From positions 618,603 through 659,023 of the forward strand of contig NMRA01000100.1 in NCBI GenBank assembly GCA_002633005.1: a DNA stretch of 40,421 nt. Reading direction: 5' to 3'. Position numbers and translations under genes: made by a program. The notes beneath the pieces are model-generated. The model was not told the origin of the DNA and did not search any database. It was given only the letters and a program-made list of their open reading frames with translations. The stretch comes from Phoronis australis. Its lineage: Eukaryota > Animalia > Phoronida. Shown piece after piece: positions 37,205-40,421 of this stretch (positions within the stretch are counted from its first letter, which is position 1; every line of letters starts with the position of its first letter).

Positions 37205-37850
37205 TAATCCTTTTTTCACTGAAGGCAAAGTGACTTCGCGCACAAATCCATGGCGTGTTTCACTAGTGAACTGTGGGACATGCTAATGTTCTCAAGACGT
37301 ACTTTATACCAATGAGTTGCAAAGAGCATATAATTTCATGTATATGCTTCATTCTGTTGAATTTGCTAAGGACCGATAAGACTTAAACAGTAGTCATTTG
37401 TTGGAATCTGCAATGAGAAATTCATAATTTCATAATTTTTTTCAAGAAACACCTCCCTCTTGAAAGGGTAACTTACATAAACCTGTCTATCTCATAGGCA
37501 GCTGAATTTTAACCAACTAGGTTTGAAACAGTACAAGAACAGATGGCATGTTGTGTAAAACATTAGAAACTTGCCCAGTTTCATGACACCTTGTACTTGG
37601 TCAATAGATTATACCAGAGTCACTGTCATTAAAATACTTGTTTATCAGGAATGCCCATATAAGGCCATATGTGTGGAGCAGAGTAATAATTGTATTAGTT
37701 ATAGCTTAGGCCAATAAAATGGACTAAAATGATTTACCGGAAGTGTAAAAATTATAAAAAAGTTGTTTAAGGTTTTGGTTGATAAAGGTAGTTTTGTTTA
37801 CTTTTAGTAACAGTACCATGGCAGATAATTGGCCTGCAAGTCGTGATGCA

Positions 37851-38256
37851 GTGCACGGTTGCATGAAACAGTCCCAAATGGGGACTCAAATAAGTTTCCT
37901 AAACCTACTGCGTATTTTTGGACATGTGAAAACCTTTGTTGCCCTTTCTTGTATTGTTTTAGTTTTATTACTAAGTCAACTTTTGATTTTGATGCAAATC
38001 GAGAGTGACCTCTATGTTGAATTGTCAATACTATCAAAAATAATATGGGATCTTTTCATGCAACATCCCCAAGTTGAACTCTGGGGTCAATTTTTAGTTA
38101 TATTATTAGAAAATGTCATTAATAAAAGAGGAGCTCATTATGAAAATGAAATGATAGAAAAAGATTGCATCTGTGAGTCCATAAAGACACAAATACCAAA
38201 AAGACTTAATGACCTTAGTTGAGTCCCTATTTGGGACTGTTTCATGCAACCGGCAC
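37851..38256. mobile_element. MITE with ~40-bp TIRs (PIF/Harbinger-like)
   Basis: CGGTTGCATGAAACAGTCCCAAATGGGGACTCAAATAAG / CTTAGTTGAGTCCCTATTTGGGACTGTTTCATGCAACCG, with an AT-rich interior. Confidence 0.8.
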
Positions 38257-39119
38257 GTGAAAGCTTAATAATTGTCTACTAGGTTGATATCTCGGAGTGA
38301 GCCTCTATTTGGCAACCGTTGTCATCTGGAGTTCTAATCAAAGGCGAAGTTTTTGTAATGTTGTAGATCTTTTTTAACAAAAATAATATAGATAATGTTC
38401 GAGACCCTCTGTAGATGTTTGTAGTTGGAAAAAGGAAGCTTTTGTAGAGTTTTGAGCTCCCAAATTAAAGCTGTTTGCAGGGCTCAAGCTGGAATAGCAC
38501 TTTTTAGTATCATGGAATTTTGTCAGAATGACACCCTTTCATTGGGGGAACTGGTTGTGAAACAATCACCATTCTGAGCAGCACGTCCTGTATACCTTTT
38601 CTATGGGAGTAACCCCCCTGGAACAAAGTTAGGCTATTAGGAGAACAACCTGTAAAAGGCTGTGTCTGTGTAAATGTTTTAGTGAGTTGCTAAATGGTGG
38701 TCACATTGAATACGGTTCACTTTTTAAATTCCAGTATGTTCACATGATTTCATTGTTGTCTGATCGCAATTGTTCGTTAAAAAGTTGTATCAAAATACCG
38801 TGTTCTTATTTTCTGTTAGACACAATATGCACCATCAAATAATGCTGCGCCATGTTCAAATGTTTTACCAAAGCTACTGTCAGAAAAGGTTTTAAAAATA
38901 TGTGGGGTTCACAGCAATGTTGCAAGACCTTGAAAAAGGAAAAAGTGGTAATTTTGGCAATTACCTTTGTTCCAAAGTGGTGAGATTTTACCATATGTGC
39001 ATTTTGTCTTTGTGCAGGAATCTCTACCCACCTCTTCAGTTGAAAGCATGGCATTTTTTAGTTTTGATTTAGCAGGCTTCGTTTTACATGCAGTACTGAC
39101 TGTCTCAGTTGTGTTGCAG

Positions 39120-39225
39120 CCCCTGATGATGATCCCCTCTTCACGGCTGATGGTGTCACATGGGCCGTCGTGGGTGCTGTCTTCTGTGTCGTTGTCTTCC
39201 TTGTAGCTACGCTGTGCTACATAAA
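39120..39225 (+). CDS. Transmembrane-helix exon of the same protein
   Basis: Branch-point-like TACTGAC (39094-39100), acceptor TTGTGTTGCAG| and consensus donor |GTGAGT. The phase-1 frame reads (A)PDDDPLFTADGVTWAVVGAVFCVVVFLVATLCYI(K/N), a ~22-residue hydrophobic run. The frame is not in the ORF track. Confidence 0.75.
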
Positions 39226-39819
39226 GTGAGTTCATTCTTAGATGACAAAGAGACTGCTTCCCTTTTATGCAAAGTGCCTAAACTATATGTCACTGTTTTG
39301 ATATGAGATTAAATCAGTCTCCTGCGCTTGTCATTAGAGGTCAGCCAGCCTGCTGTTGTTCCAAGATTGAGATCGGGGTGATGTATCTTGATTTTGTGCA
39401 ACACTGGTGTTGAAATCTGCATTATGCTGGTAGCTATAAGAGATTAAGCAAATATGGAGTTGACAAACGGTATCTGCTAACATATGTGTTGAGAACAACA
39501 AATGAACGTTGAAGCTGTCCACAACTAACCAGAGTGTCAATGTCCCTACAAACCAGAGCGAGTCATCTTTTTGACCATTTACCTTACATAAATATTATAC
39601 TTGTTTTGCTTATTTCTATTCCCATGAATACTTACTTGAAAGATGTGATGTTTTTCTAGAACGTTTTTTCATTGCCAATAGGTGGCAGCACATTTAAATT
39701 CCCAGTCATTCTGGTAAACCATGAGTAAGTGCAGTGCTCATCCCAATCCTTTATTGAATCAGATGAAACTGCTGTCAAGTAACAAGAATAACCAATTTGC
39801 CATTGGCAACTGTTTCATT

Positions 39820-40195
39820 TTCATGCACTCAAAACAAATTTGGTGGTGGCATGGTCGGCATTTAATCCGTGATCCTTGGCATCTCTGCCTTTGCGTCCCC
39901 TTTGATTATCTTGAACATCCCTAAATGGATCATGATGAAATTTGGCAAAGAGATATGTGGTGGGTATTTGTGCTGGCATCTCAGGCGCATTCGACTCCTG
40001 TGACACATACCCGTGATGCCCATTTCGGTTTTCAACTATCAATTCATTCTGCGTCGATGTTTGACGAAACGACTTGACAGATTTTGCAAAACTTGGTGCA
40101 GATGGAGGAATGTAAAAGGAATTCAAACAGATTTTACTTCTCTTGAACCTCATGTCAGCCATTTTAGTTTCCGCTGTATTTTTCTTGTTTGTCAG
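39820..40195. repeat. Degenerate repeat fragment with HINE-like internal motifs
   Basis: Recurrent AAATTTGG / AAACTTGG and GCCATTTT motifs, similar to 19110-20312 and 25023-25905. Confidence 0.3.
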
Positions 40196-40266
40196 TGATA
40201 ATGACTTGATTGAATTGAATGTAACTAGACGCAAGCGTTAATGTCTGAGATATGCTACCAGTTGAT

Positions 40267-40421
40267 ACATTCACCTACCATAGCACCCTTCATCAGACAC
40301 ATTCACCTACCATAGCACCCATCATCAGACACAGTTTCACCTACCATAGCGCCCTTCATCAGACACAGTTTCACCTACCATAGCGCCCTTCATCAGACAC
40401 AGTTTCACCTACCATAGCGCC
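40267..40421. repeat. 32/34-bp minisatellite, at least 4.7 units, runs off the window
   Basis: Unit ACA(GT)TTCACCTACCATAGC(A/G)CCC(T/A)TCATCAGAC, head-to-tail. Confidence 0.95.

Noticed and set aside
37779-38222. 147-aa ORF
   Set aside because: It spans the interior of a TIR-bounded MITE, has a TTG start and no transposase motifs.
38909-39235. 108-aa minus-strand Cys/Thr-rich ORF and the 79-aa plus-strand ORF at 38967
   Set aside because: Antisense and alternative-frame shadows of the TM exon, whose splice sites support a different frame.
40267-40421. CRISPR-like array
   Set aside because: Head-to-tail units of 32-34 bp without spacers.

Overview
AT-rich eukaryotic (animal, probably marine invertebrate) genomic DNA from a draft assembly, with a 417-N gap at 27166-27582 and single-N joins at 10472 and 31983. 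There are no prokaryotic genes, CRISPR arrays, rRNA or tRNA, and almost all ORFs in the track are spurious. The window reads as the intron-rich 5' part of one + strand gene. Two phase-compatible exons (35364-35505, 39120-39225) encode a short N-glycosylatable segment and one transmembrane helix. Candidate upstream exons lie at 13286-13365 and 26054-26162, and a candidate promoter lies near 28.4-28.6 kb. The rest is a dense mosaic of non-autonomous transposons: a ~1 kb CATG-bounded family (4 copies), a Tc2/pogo-like family (several copies), a 2.95 kb TTAA-flanked Kolobok-like element, two Helentron/HINE-like elements, several MITEs, a Penelope-like retroelement remnant with a minimal hammerhead, a LINE-like 3' tail, and mini/microsatellites. 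The most unusual observations are the CATG-bounded family with no outer target-site duplication, three hammerhead-core-bearing sequences, and a TAATG stop/start overlap at the probable start codon. I found no convincing new multi-gene system. All family assignments come from reading the sequence by eye, without database searches.
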